Notes under the pieces: model-generated | Told to the model about the DNA's origin: nothing | Database searches by the model: none | The model's input: only the letters and a program-made list of their open reading frames with translations | In this document: positions 1-10,969 of the stretch, piece after piece | How the letters are laid out: every line of letters starts with the position of its first letter | Numbering within the stretch: the stretch's first letter is position 1 | Assembly: GCA_021848025.1 (NCBI GenBank) | Contig: JAJZND010000015.1 | Coordinates: 9,310-73,309, forward strand | Direction of reading: 5' to 3' | DNA length: 64,000 bases | Source of the DNA: Candidatus Micrarchaeota archaeon | GTDB taxonomy: Archaea; Micrarchaeota; Micrarchaeia; Micrarchaeales; CABMGC01 | Translations under genes and position numbers: made by a program

Positions 1-778
1 ACTCCCGCTCCAAGCGCGAGATGAACCTTGCTTCTGCGAAAGTAGGTGTAGACGGCAGGATCAGGCAGAGTGACTTATTTTTGAGGATACTTTCTATTTT
101 GGCGTTGTCTTTCAGGTATTTTACGCTTGAGTATATGACTTTTTCCGTTTTTTTACCCACATTTGCAAGTACAATTATTTTAGTATCTTGATTTATGATT
201 GTGCTCTTGGATTTTGAAGAGGCGTTTTCTATGATGGAGAGAGCTTCGCCGATTCTCATTGTCCGGTTTTCTTCGGAATTTATGTCCAGCAAAATAAGCG
301 TATGCTCGTTCGCAGATAAATTCCTGCTTAACGCATCAAGAAAAGACGCGGGCGTATAGTTTTGGTGCCAGAACGGTATTGTCACTATGGGTCCGAATCT
401 GTATATATCTAGACCGGATGCTCCGATAGCTGCAGTGAAGATCGAAGCTGCATGGATCACCTCCGTTCCTATTCCCTGCGAGCTTGCCTCTTCGATGATT
501 ATTCTGTGTGTTGTGGCTATCATGGGATCTCCTGGTATAAGGATGGCTAGATCCGATTTTTTAGCCTCTTCTACTGTTCTGCGTAAATTCTCCTCGAGTT
601 CTGATCTTTTTACTAAAACTATCTTCTTGCCGGATTCTTTCTCAAGATATTCGACATATTCCTCTTCCATTGGAGTGGTATATTTCTCGAGGAGAATTTT
701 GGATGCCCGTCTTAAGGCTTCTACCCCCCTTACTGAAATATCTTTAGACTCAAGTCCAAGGCCTATAAGAACCAGCAT
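1..778 (-). CDS. dph5: diphthine synthase, partial (C-terminus beyond window edge)
   Basis: Not in the ORF track because it runs off the window. My translation from ATG 778 (minus) reads MLVLIGLGLESKDISVRGVEALRRASKILLEKYTT...AILIPGDPMIATTH...GLDIYRFGPIVTIPF, the methylase pattern of archaeal Dph5. The start lies 5 nt after the radA stop. Confidence 0.85.
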   Translation of the reverse strand, partial: MLVLIGLGLESKDISVRGVEALRRASKILLEKYTTPMEEEYVEYLEKESGKKIVLVKRSELEENLRRTVEEAKKSDLAILIPGDPMIATTHRIIIEEASSQGIGTEVIHAASIFTAAIGASGLDIYRFGPIVTIPFWHQNYTPASFLDALSRNLSANEHTLILLDINSEENRTMRIGEALSIIENASSKSKSTIINQDTKIIVLANVGKKTEKVIYSSVKYLKDNAKIESILKNKSLCLILPSTPTFAEARFISRLERE

Positions 779-782
779 GCAA

Positions 783-1733
783 TTAGTCCCTTATGCCATT
801 TTGCGTTATCTTTATGACGGCTTCTCCTTCCGGCTGGCTGGGCGAATCGACAAGGCGGACAATTCTCTTCTCTTCTTTGCTCTTCCTAAGATACAGGCGT
901 GTTGTAGCGGCGTGTGCAATTATGTTGCCACCTACAGGGGTTGTAGGGTCTCCGAAGAGTATTCCAGGATTGTCCATCACCTGATTTGTGAAATACACTG
1001 CAAGATTATAAGTATCTGCAAGGCTTTGGAGCTTGTGTATGTGCGCATTCAGTTTCTGCTGCCTCTCTCCAAGGGCCCCCCGTCCGAGAAATTCAGATCT
1101 GAAGAGAGCCATCATGGAATCTACGATGATCATTTTTATGTTGTTGTCTCTTATCGCCTTGTCTGCCCGCTCTATGGTAAGTATCTGCTGCTCAGTAGTC
1201 TCTGCCCTAACTACGAGTATGTTATCAAGGGTGGCCTGAGGGTCCATCTCTGCGGCCTTTGCTATCTGCTCTATCCTCTCTGGGCGGAATGTGCCTTCTG
1301 TATCTATGAACAGCACTCTTCCATCAAGACCGCCTTTGCCTAATGGCATCTGGGCGTTTACTGCCAGTTGAAAGCCGAGCTGCGTCTTACCGGAGCCGAA
1401 CTTACCATATGCTTCAGTTATTGATTTTGCTTCAACTCCGCCACCAAGAAGTTCATCAAGCTCCTTCGCGTTGGTAGTGACCCTCCCTAGCGCCTTTCTG
1501 TTCTCATAGACTTGCGTGCCTGTGCTAAACTCTATAGTTGTAGACTGGCGCGCGGCTTCTATGGCCTTTTTAGCGCTCTCCACATTCATGCCAGACAATT
1601 CCGCAAGTTCGTGTGGCGATGAGACAGCTATCTTTTCAAGGGTGGTGTAGCCGGCTTCTTTTAGTTTTTCTGCTGTTGTAGGGCCGATTCCCGGCAGGTC
1701 TTCTATTTCCTTTATGCTCTTTTCCTTTGCCAT
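783..1733 (-). CDS. radA: DNA repair and recombination protein RadA
   Basis: 316 aa. N-terminal HhH (DLPGIGPTTAEKLKEAGY), Walker A GKFGSGKTQ, Walker B-like MIIVDS. Confidence 0.95.
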   Translation of the reverse strand: MAKEKSIKEIEDLPGIGPTTAEKLKEAGYTTLEKIAVSSPHELAELSGMNVESAKKAIEAARQSTTIEFSTGTQVYENRKALGRVTTNAKELDELLGGGVEAKSITEAYGKFGSGKTQLGFQLAVNAQMPLGKGGLDGRVLFIDTEGTFRPERIEQIAKAAEMDPQATLDNILVVRAETTEQQILTIERADKAIRDNNIKMIIVDSMMALFRSEFLGRGALGERQQKLNAHIHKLQSLADTYNLAVYFTNQVMDNPGILFGDPTTPVGGNIIAHAATTRLYLRKSKEEKRIVRLVDSPSQPEGEAVIKITQNGIRD

Positions 1734-2018
1734 CGAGAATCACTAGTATAAGACTTTACATTAAAAATATCTATACAAAAGTATAAATAGCCGCATTTGA
1801 ATTGCAAAAATTAGAAAAAAAGGAAGAGGCCAGTGCGCGTAAACGCGCGCTGGCAAGGCGACCAGTTATACCCTTCCTCTGTAGAACCCGTAGTTAATAT
1901 ATTGCAGGTTAAGTTTATAAATCTTACTTATTCTTATAACTTTTTTTATATTCCTGTTTTATACATGAAATGGGTTAATGGCTTTTAAGCATTTGGCGAG
2001 CATTTATAACCGGTAAGA

Positions 2019-2681
2019 ATGAAGACCTTCCTTACTCTTGATGCGTTTGGAGTTGTACTTGCAATTGTTTTTGGAGCCCTTATTTTCTACCTCGGAGGCA
2101 ATTATGGGCTCTTCTTCCTCGCAGTAATACTTTTCTTCCTGGTTGCCTCGGCGCTTGTGACCGAATTCAGGAAAGATGAAAAAAAGGCCATGCGCTTGTA
2201 TGAGAAGGCCAGGGGCTGGAAAAACGTCTTTGCTAATGGAATCGTACCGTTGCTGGCTGCAGCGCTGTATTATTACAACGGCGTTGCTTCGCTGAACATA
2301 CCGGCTAATGTAATAATCATTGCATATGTCGCCAGTGTGGCCGGGGCAACAGCAGATAAATTCTCTAGCGAGGTAGGAGTGCTGTTTGGGAGGCCCCGCA
2401 TGCTCCTTTCCATGAAAGAGGTCAGGCCTGGAGTTTCAGGTGGTGTTTCTGTGGCTGGCTTCATTGTAGGCCTGCTTGGATCCTACCTTATAAGCATGTC
2501 TCTGATGCAGTTTGGAATAGAGATTATACTTCTCTCGGCAGCGGCAGGTCTTGTCGGAGATACCTTCGATTCCGTCTTTGGCTTCTTCGAAGAGAAAGGA
2601 ATTGGGAATAAGTATACTTCAAACATAGCATGCGCGGTTACTGCTGCTGCTTTTGCAGCGCTTGTGTTTGTGGCTGTATAG
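2019..2681 (+). CDS. integral membrane protein, DUF92/TMEM19-like
   Basis: 220 aa with multiple hydrophobic helices. C-terminal GLVGDTFDSVFG motif resembles the DUF92 family. Confidence 0.4.
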   Translation: MKTFLTLDAFGVVLAIVFGALIFYLGGNYGLFFLAVILFFLVASALVTEFRKDEKKAMRLYEKARGWKNVFANGIVPLLAAALYYYNGVASLNIPANVIIIAYVASVAGATADKFSSEVGVLFGRPRMLLSMKEVRPGVSGGVSVAGFIVGLLGSYLISMSLMQFGIEIILLSAAAGLVGDTFDSVFGFFEEKGIGNKYTSNIACAVTAAAFAALVFVAV

Positions 2682-2717
2682 GCCCCTGCTTCTTGCAGGT
2701 TGAAGCACCACGGGCGC

Positions 2718-3491
2718 CTATCTTATATATGTCATATTCTCCTTTGAGGGTGCCTGGCCTGCCTCTCCTGACAGCGCCCTGGCCTGTTCCTCCTGCAGAT
2801 TCTTGAGTATCTTCTCCGTCTCTTTCTTTATCTTGTCTATATTTTCCAGATTTATATCTATTGAGAGGAGCTTCATCATTACCTTAAGGACTGCTTTTGC
2901 GGCATTGGCATCTATTTCTAAAAGCCCGGTTTCCCCCATAATGCACGCGCTGTTTATGTCGTGAAGCTTTGACAATGCAGGTATTATGCCTGCTGATCCC
3001 CAAATGGACCCAGACGCGTGCCCGAATATTATGCCTAATTTCTTAAGATCATTTATTGTCTTTTTGTTGGTTGCAACGCCGAAGACCCTTGGGTTCTGCA
3101 CGTATTGCGGGCCTGCGCTGTATCCGCCTATAGTATAAATATACTTGCTGTCGAACTTTTTCATGAATTTTACTATCTTTTCATTTACATCGTACTGCCC
3201 CCTCGGAGTGCCTGCCTGGGTATCCCCTACCAGGAGCACTATGCTCCTTCCTTCCTTATTCTTGAAATGATAAAATCTGTTGTTTACAAGGCGTAGTCCG
3301 CCGTTCCTCTGCATGATTGCCTGATGTGGAAAATATGGTGAGTAAAGCGATGCAAATTTCTCTGCCTTCATTTCGTTTTTTATATGCTCGGCAACCATAC
3401 TGCCTACACTGCCTATTCCTGGAAGCCCTACCACCATTATTGGATCCTTCAGCTTTAGTTTTTTATTATAAAAGATAGTGGTCTTTCTCAT
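2718..3491 (-). CDS. PAC2-family (COG1938) proteasome assembly chaperone-like protein
   Basis: 257 aa with MVVGLPGIGSVGSMVAEHI and LLVGDTQ patterns. Overlaps aIF2alpha by 4 nt, its usual archaeal neighbour. Confidence 0.7.
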   Translation of the reverse strand: MRKTTIFYNKKLKLKDPIMVVGLPGIGSVGSMVAEHIKNEMKAEKFASLYSPYFPHQAIMQRNGGLRLVNNRFYHFKNKEGRSIVLLVGDTQAGTPRGQYDVNEKIVKFMKKFDSKYIYTIGGYSAGPQYVQNPRVFGVATNKKTINDLKKLGIIFGHASGSIWGSAGIIPALSKLHDINSACIMGETGLLEIDANAAKAVLKVMMKLLSIDINLENIDKIKKETEKILKNLQEEQARALSGEAGQAPSKENMTYIR

Positions 3492-4255
3492 GTTTTCGCC
3501 TTATCTTCCTTTATGTTAAAGTATATTTGTTTTGCATATTTATTTAATATCTTGTTGGCTTCCTTTATCTTGTTCTCTGCTTTTGGATAACTGCTATCCT
3601 CAGAAAGCAGGCTGTATCTCGGCGCGCCCAGGTATATTATTTTAACTCCCTGCTTTGCTATCTCTAATAGTGCCTGCTTTATGATTTCTATGTTTGCTGC
3701 AGGATTAGTAAGCCTCATCTCCAGCAGATAGGAAACCTCATATTTCTTTGGCTTTATGTTCTTTTCCACTATGTCGAGGAAGGATTTCCTGAACTCGATA
3801 TTTGAGACTATGCCATCTATAGAACTATGGTTTTCGGCAACTTTATTTAGGAACTCCGAATATGTAGCAAACTTATTTGCTACCTCTTCCTTTATTTTCT
3901 CTTTCTCGGCCTCTGTTTTGGAGAGGGTAATAGCCTGATCGAATAGGTGTTCTGCCCTGTTTTCAAGACCGAAATCGCTTTTCTTCGCCTCTTTTTCCCT
4001 TGGTGTAGCTTTTTTAAGAGAGATGTCTATAGTTCTCTTCTGCGGATCTACCTGAAGGACTTTGCCTACGTCTTTTTGCCCTTCTTTGAGGAATTCGTGT
4101 ATGTTTTTTATCCAGCCTGAAGCTATCTCTGATATGGGCAGGTAAGCGTCTAGCCCGTATTCTGTGAGTTCGCAGTATGCACCATGCGGCATTATCTTTT
4201 TAATTTTGATCAATACAAGTTCGCCGGTTTTGGGCATACTTTTTTTAATAATCAA
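3488..4255 (-). CDS. eif2a: translation initiation factor 2 alpha subunit (aIF2alpha)
   Basis: 255 aa. N-terminal S1/OB domain (PKTGELVLIKIKKIMPHGAYCELTEYGLDAYLPISEIASGWIKNI) followed by helical and alpha-beta domains. Confidence 0.9.
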   Translation of the reverse strand: MIIKKSMPKTGELVLIKIKKIMPHGAYCELTEYGLDAYLPISEIASGWIKNIHEFLKEGQKDVGKVLQVDPQKRTIDISLKKATPREKEAKKSDFGLENRAEHLFDQAITLSKTEAEKEKIKEEVANKFATYSEFLNKVAENHSSIDGIVSNIEFRKSFLDIVEKNIKPKKYEVSYLLEMRLTNPAANIEIIKQALLEIAKQGVKIIYLGAPRYSLLSEDSSYPKAENKIKEANKILNKYAKQIYFNIKEDKAKT

Positions 4256-4265
4256 CTTTTAACAC

Positions 4266-4547
4266 CTATTTCTTAATCTCTATTTTCTTCTTCGTTCTTT
4301 TTGAGAATACCTTTTCGACGTTCTTTTTGCATACCTTGCATTCGAGGAGGACTTTCTGCCTCTTCCCAAGCTTTTTAGGGTGTATCTTGAGTTCTACGCT
4401 TCCCACATAGCCACTTATTGCGCGGTTGTGACGCCTGGTTGCCTTGCTTAGGCCGCGCTGCGCTCCTTTCGACACATTCCTGACTATGTGTTCTGTGTGC
4501 TTGTTGCAGTTAGGGCAGAATGTCCTTACTTCCTTCTCTATTTTCAT
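4266..4547 (-). CDS. rpl44e: 50S ribosomal protein L44e (eL42)
   Basis: 93 aa, very basic, zinc-ribbon cysteine pairs CPNC...CKVC. Confidence 0.9.
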   Translation of the reverse strand: MKIEKEVRTFCPNCNKHTEHIVRNVSKGAQRGLSKATRRHNRAISGYVGSVELKIHPKKLGKRQKVLLECKVCKKNVEKVFSKRTKKKIEIKK

Positions 4548-4556
4548 AACATCATC

Positions 4557-5039
4557 TTAGTTTGTTGTTTCTCCTATGTTGTTGTTGAGTATGAATTCTA
4601 TGTCTTGCTTGTCGTTGGTTTCTATTATTTCGTTCTGTTTGTACGGACCTATCTTTTTGCCATATGGCGTAGATATCTCCGGTATTTCCGAAACTATCTT
4701 TATTTTTATCTTGTTTTTATTTCCTTGCTCTTGTTCTACGAGTTTTTTGATTTGTGTGTAAAGGAGTTCTTCCTCCTCCGGCACCGGCACAGGTATCTGC
4801 TTCCCATAGGCCAGATATGTGAGTATCTTCTGAATTCTGCGGGCTTTTAGCGATTCGACCAGTTTTGTTGCGCTGGTAGTTGAAAATCCTGCGTTGTTTG
4901 CTCTGCTGCTTACATATATCTTTTCTCTTACTCTTTTATAAAAATCTTTCGGCAGCGGTAGTAGCTCTCCTGTTTTCTTCTCTTTGTCTACTTTATCGAA
5001 CAGTTCTTCTATTCTTTCATCATCGGCCACTGCTACCAC
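4557..5039 (-). CDS. GINS-family replication protein (Gins51/15-like), tentative
   Basis: 160 aa. Helical N-terminal part with ELLPLPKDFYKRV and a small beta-rich C-terminal domain; size and pattern fit COG1711. Confidence 0.5.
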   Translation of the reverse strand: MVAVADDERIEELFDKVDKEKKTGELLPLPKDFYKRVREKIYVSSRANNAGFSTTSATKLVESLKARRIQKILTYLAYGKQIPVPVPEEEELLYTQIKKLVEQEQGNKNKIKIKIVSEIPEISTPYGKKIGPYKQNEIIETNDKQDIEFILNNNIGETTN

Positions 5040-5161
5040 GGTTCATTTCCACTATTTTTTAAGTTTGTTTACCAATATATTATTAGTATTTGTATTATTT
5101 ATAAGAAACATAATATAAAGCAAGGAGAATAGTGGAAATGCAGGGTGCTTCGCTGTTTGAA

Positions 5162-5236
5162 TAGCGAGGGGTGGATTTGAACCACCGATCTCCGGGTTAT
5201 GAGCCCGGCGGGCACTCCGAGCTACCCTACCTCGCT
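5162..5236 (-). tRNA. initiator tRNA-Met (anticodon CAT)
   Basis: Minus strand: AGCGAGG-TA-GGGT..GCCC-G-CCGGG-CTCATAA-CCCGG-AGATC-GGTGG-TTCAAAT-CCACC-CCTCGCT-A. Shows the A1:U72 pair and three G:C pairs at the base of the anticodon stem, the archaeal initiator signature. Confidence 0.9.
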
Positions 5237-5242
5237 GCTTGT

Positions 5243-5974
5243 TCATCTGTTTTGGACCGCTACTGATTCCGCTTCTTCCCGGGTGAGCATCTTCAAGCTC
5301 TTACCGCATTCGCATAAGAAATCCGATTCGAAAGCGACATCGAACGGGAAGATTATGTGTTGCGAAGGATAGCACACTTCACAAATGAAGAAATCGTTAC
5401 AGTTTTTAGGAAGTGCAGGCACGGCATGTTCCGATATCGAAGTGATTTTTTTGTTGAATTCCGTCACGGAGCCGCTATCTATATACCATCTAAAAGTAAG
5501 CCAGCCTTTCTTGTCCTTGTCCACCAAGTATCTTATTATACCGTAATTGTTAAGCAGGTTCAGCATTCTTCTGGCTTCGTTTAACTTTATATTAAGCTTT
5601 TCAGCCATTTTCTCATCCACAGATGGGCCGTAGCTAAGTTCTATTAAGATATCGTTTGCCCTGCTCCCTACATTCTTCGATATATACTCGTGGAAGGTGT
5701 CATTTGCTATTATGTTGCGTGCATCGGCAAGGTTCTGCTTTAGTATGTTTTCGGCTATTGCGGCTGTCCGGGCCGAAGCGTTCGCCTCTGCCTTGGCAGC
5801 CTTTTCTTTCCGAACTACCGCTGATTTTTTCCCGTGAGCAGTGCTCGCCGCTGGTTTGCTTGCGATTTTTAATTTAGATGTTTTAGGGTGAAGGCCCTTC
5901 TTGCCTGCCTTCAAACTGATGTCGCTTTTTTTTAAAACATGCTTTAATCCTGATTGCATTTTTTTGTTATTCAT
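5243..5974 (-). CDS. tfe: transcription factor E (TFE alpha) with Lys/Ala-rich N-terminal extension
   Basis: 243 aa. Winged helix (RMLNLLNNYGIIRYLVDKDKKGWLTFRWYI) plus zinc-ribbon region (FFICEVC...FLCECG), preceded by about 85 basic low-complexity residues. Confidence 0.8.
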   Translation of the reverse strand: MNNKKMQSGLKHVLKKSDISLKAGKKGLHPKTSKLKIASKPAASTAHGKKSAVVRKEKAAKAEANASARTAAIAENILKQNLADARNIIANDTFHEYISKNVGSRANDILIELSYGPSVDEKMAEKLNIKLNEARRMLNLLNNYGIIRYLVDKDKKGWLTFRWYIDSGSVTEFNKKITSISEHAVPALPKNCNDFFICEVCYPSQHIIFPFDVAFESDFLCECGKSLKMLTREEAESVAVQNR

Positions 5975-6177
5975 GGGAGCGCCTCGGAAGAGTAGTAATT
6001 AAATTATAGTGATTCACATATAAATACCTTATGTTAAAACTGACGGATAAGTAGAATATTTACAACAGAATACCAGGACCCTGGATCTACAAATACTGAA
6101 TCCAGCGACGCATTAAAATGTACAGCAGGTCATCTTCCATGTCTCTGCACGCCAGATTTCTTATGAAAAGGCTAAAA

Positions 6178-6252
6178 CGGGCCCGGTGGGATTCGGACCC
6201 ACGACTTGCTGGTTAAGAGCCAGCCACTCTGACCAGGCTGAGTTACGGACCC
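6178..6252 (-). tRNA. tRNA-Lys (anticodon CTT)
   Basis: Minus strand: GGGTCCG-TA-ACTC-AGCCTGGTCA-GAGT-G-GCTGG-CTCTTAA-CCAGC-AAGTC-GTGGG-TCCGAAT-CCCAC-CGGGCCC. Full cloverleaf, but the T-loop reads TCCGAAT (C at position 55). Confidence 0.85.
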
Positions 6253-6293
6253 ATGGTAAGGCGGATTACTTTTAGAATTAAGCATAGTTATAT

Positions 6294-6311
6294 GCTTTGA
6301 AAAGGTTTATA
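6294..6311 (+). promoter_or_regulatory. BRE/TATA-like 18-mer GCTTTGAAAAGGTTTATA, distal copy
   Basis: Identical to 6430-6447. Purine-rich BRE-like AAAAGG followed by TTTATA. Confidence 0.35.
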
Positions 6312-6429
6312 TTAATGAAACCAGACACCATTTTCACTCAAATAAAACATGCAAATAACTGTTGGGGATGCCAAGGAAAGTCAGAAAGGCATACAGAATC
6401 CGCACTTCCAATTCTGTCATCGTAAAAAG

Positions 6430-6447
6430 GCTTTGAAAAGGTTTATA
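6430..6447 (+). promoter_or_regulatory. BRE/TATA-like 18-mer, probable gyrB promoter
   Basis: Identical 18-mer ending 46 nt upstream of the gyrB ATG (6494). Confidence 0.45.
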
Positions 6448-6490
6448 GCTCTTTAAAGCAAATGGTTATATCACACCTTCTAGTTGATAA

Positions 6491-8407
<1,917 letters not shown>

Positions 8408-8409
8408 AC

Positions 8410-10848
8410 ATGCAAGAAATAGTGCAAACCAAGTTAGAGGACGAGCTCCAGTCGAGTTACATAGACTACGCGATGAGCGTAATAATAGGCAGGGCCATAC
8501 CAGATGCAAGGGACGGCCTGAAGCCTGTACAGCGCAGGATACTATTTACTATGTATAACCTCAAGAACTTCTACAACCAGCCAACCAAGAAGAGCGCAAG
8601 GATCGTGGGCGATTGCATGGGCAAATACCACCCACATGGGGACATGGCGATATACGACGCAATCGCACACATGGCCCAAAATTTCGCAATGAATCACACG
8701 CTAGTATACGGCCAAGGTAATTTCGGTTCGGTAGACGGCGATCCCCCTGCAGCCCAAAGATATACTGAGGTTAAACTGGAGAGGCTTGCAGAAGAGATAT
8801 TGGAAGACCTCGATAAAGAGACAGTAGAGATGGTTCCTAATTTCGATGATACTGAAGAAGAACCTACAATACTTCCAGGAAAGGTCCCAAATTTATTGAT
8901 CAACGGAGCTACAGGAATTGCAGTAGGGGTAGCTACCAGCATACCCCCTCATAATCTTGGAGAGATATGCGATGCTGTGGTGCTCAGACTCGGTAAAAAA
9001 GATTGCACCACAGATGATATCCTTAATGTGGTAAAGGGCCCGGATTTTCCTACCGGTGGCATAGCAGTGATATCTCAAAACGCCCTTAATGGATATCGTT
9101 ACGGAAGGGGCCAGCTTAGTGTAAAGGCAAAGGCGGAGATAGATGAAAAAGCCAAGCGCATAACAATACAAGAAATACCCTATAACGTAAACAAGTCGAA
9201 CCTCATGCAAAGCATGGCCCAGCTTGCCAAAGACAAGGTAATAAACGGGTTAAGGGACATAAGGGACGAAAGCGACAAGAGCGGCATAAGGATAGTTGTA
9301 GATTACAGAGAAGAAGGAAGCGGAGAGCAGATACTAAATATGCTCTACAAGCACACCCAACTGCAAACAACCTTTCCAATAATAAACCTTGCAGTGATAG
9401 GAAAGGCCCTCAAGAGTCTGAACATAGTGCAGATGATAGATGCGTTCCTGGAGCACAGGCGGGACGTGGTTATGAAGAGGTCAAAACACGAGCTTGACGT
9501 AGCAGAAGCTAGGCTCCATATAGTGGAGGGGCTGCTGATTGCAATAGGGAGCATAGATGCCATAATTACAACTATAAAAGGAAGCAATGAGGTAAGCGAA
9601 GCCAGATCCAAGCTGATGTCAGGGTTCAGCCTCACAGAAAAACAGGCCAATGCTATACTCGACATGAAACTCAGCAGGCTTACGCACCTTGAGAACACTT
9701 CACTTGAAGAGGAGAAGAAAGAACTCGAAGCAAAAGTTGGTTACTACAACAATGTAATAACCAACCATAACGAGATAGACCGTATCATCACTGAAGAAAC
9801 TCTGGAACTTAAAAAGAAGTATGCAAGGCCGAGGAGAACAGAGATAGTTTATACTGATGAGGATGCAGAGATAACAAATGAGGACATCATAACAAATGAG
9901 AAGGTCACTATAATACTAACCAGCAACGGTTACGTTAAGAGGCTTGGTCTCGAGAATTACAAAGAGCAGGGGAGAGGCGGCAGGGGCATCATCTCAATAA
10001 GCCTAAAGGAGGGCGATTATGCGAGGCAGATACTTACGTGCAACAACAAGGACTTGATAATTTGCCTGACAAACACAGGCAGGGCTTACTGGATTAAAGC
10101 TTACAATGTACCAGAAAGCGGCAGATACTCCGAAGGAAAGGCCATAGTCAACCTTGTGGATATGAAGGACGAGAAGATAATAAAAGTGCTAAACGTAAGC
10201 GAATTCACCAACTACAACATAGCCTTCCTAACGTCTAAAGGCATAGTGAAGAAGACTGAGGCATCCCTTTTCTCGCATCCAAGATCTAATGGCATAAGAG
10301 CCATAAGACTGAATGAAGGAGATCAGATAGCAGATGTAATAATGTATTCAAAGGAAAAGAATCTAATAATAGCTACCAGAAACGGGCAGGCGATAAAGTT
10401 CGAAGAGAGCGACATCAGGCATATCGGCAGAAATGCGACAGGAGTGCGTGGCATACGGCTAAAAGGGGATGATAAGGCAGAGAACATAATAGCTGCAGAC
10501 GAACACGGCAGCATACTTTCAATTACCGAGAATGGGTACGGTAAGATTACTGACATAAACGCATACAGGCTGCAAAGCAGAGGAGGGAGCGGCGTAATAA
10601 ATCTTAAGGTAAATCAAAAGACAGGTCATGTGTGCAAATGCCTCTTTTTAAGCGGAGATGACAAAATAACCCTTATCAATTCGCTGGGAGTTAGCATAAC
10701 GTTTCCAACAAACGAGATTAGGGTGACTGGCAGGGCAGCCAGCGGAGTCAGGCTAATGCATCTTTCTCCTGAAGTGAAGGTGGTAGATGCAATACTTTTA
10801 GTTAGCAAAGGGGAGCGAGAAACCCCACCCACTTCAGGTACGGGATGA
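8410..10848 (+). CDS. gyrA: DNA gyrase subunit A
   Basis: 812 aa. RDGLKPVQRRIL, GKYHPHGD region, and C-terminal repeated beta-pinwheel blades. Starts 3 nt after gyrB. Confidence 0.97.
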   Translation: MQEIVQTKLEDELQSSYIDYAMSVIIGRAIPDARDGLKPVQRRILFTMYNLKNFYNQPTKKSARIVGDCMGKYHPHGDMAIYDAIAHMAQNFAMNHTLVYGQGNFGSVDGDPPAAQRYTEVKLERLAEEILEDLDKETVEMVPNFDDTEEEPTILPGKVPNLLINGATGIAVGVATSIPPHNLGEICDAVVLRLGKKDCTTDDILNVVKGPDFPTGGIAVISQNALNGYRYGRGQLSVKAKAEIDEKAKRITIQEIPYNVNKSNLMQSMAQLAKDKVINGLRDIRDESDKSGIRIVVDYREEGSGEQILNMLYKHTQLQTTFPIINLAVIGKALKSLNIVQMIDAFLEHRRDVVMKRSKHELDVAEARLHIVEGLLIAIGSIDAIITTIKGSNEVSEARSKLMSGFSLTEKQANAILDMKLSRLTHLENTSLEEEKKELEAKVGYYNNVITNHNEIDRIITEETLELKKKYARPRRTEIVYTDEDAEITNEDIITNEKVTIILTSNGYVKRLGLENYKEQGRGGRGIISISLKEGDYARQILTCNNKDLIICLTNTGRAYWIKAYNVPESGRYSEGKAIVNLVDMKDEKIIKVLNVSEFTNYNIAFLTSKGIVKKTEASLFSHPRSNGIRAIRLNEGDQIADVIMYSKEKNLIIATRNGQAIKFEESDIRHIGRNATGVRGIRLKGDDKAENIIAADEHGSILSITENGYGKITDINAYRLQSRGGSGVINLKVNQKTGHVCKCLFLSGDDKITLINSLGVSITFPTNEIRVTGRAASGVRLMHLSPEVKVVDAILLVSKGERETPPTSGTG

Positions 10849-10969
10849 GAGCAAACCGCAAAACAACAACATAGATCCCATAAGTGGAGGAAGCCCACAC
10901 TGCTTGCAGGCGGGTAGGTCACTGAAAGAAGCAAGTGCATGACGCCATAACTGAAAACATATACTGCGC

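Noticed and set aside
387-1343. 318-aa plus-strand ORF
   Set aside because: It lies antisense to the well-supported dph5 and radA genes. Its translation is low-complexity (Ser/Leu/Cys-rich) with no motif. It is a typical shadow ORF.
5052-5246. 64-aa minus-strand ORF
   Set aside because: It is fully explained by the initiator tRNA-Met gene it overlaps.
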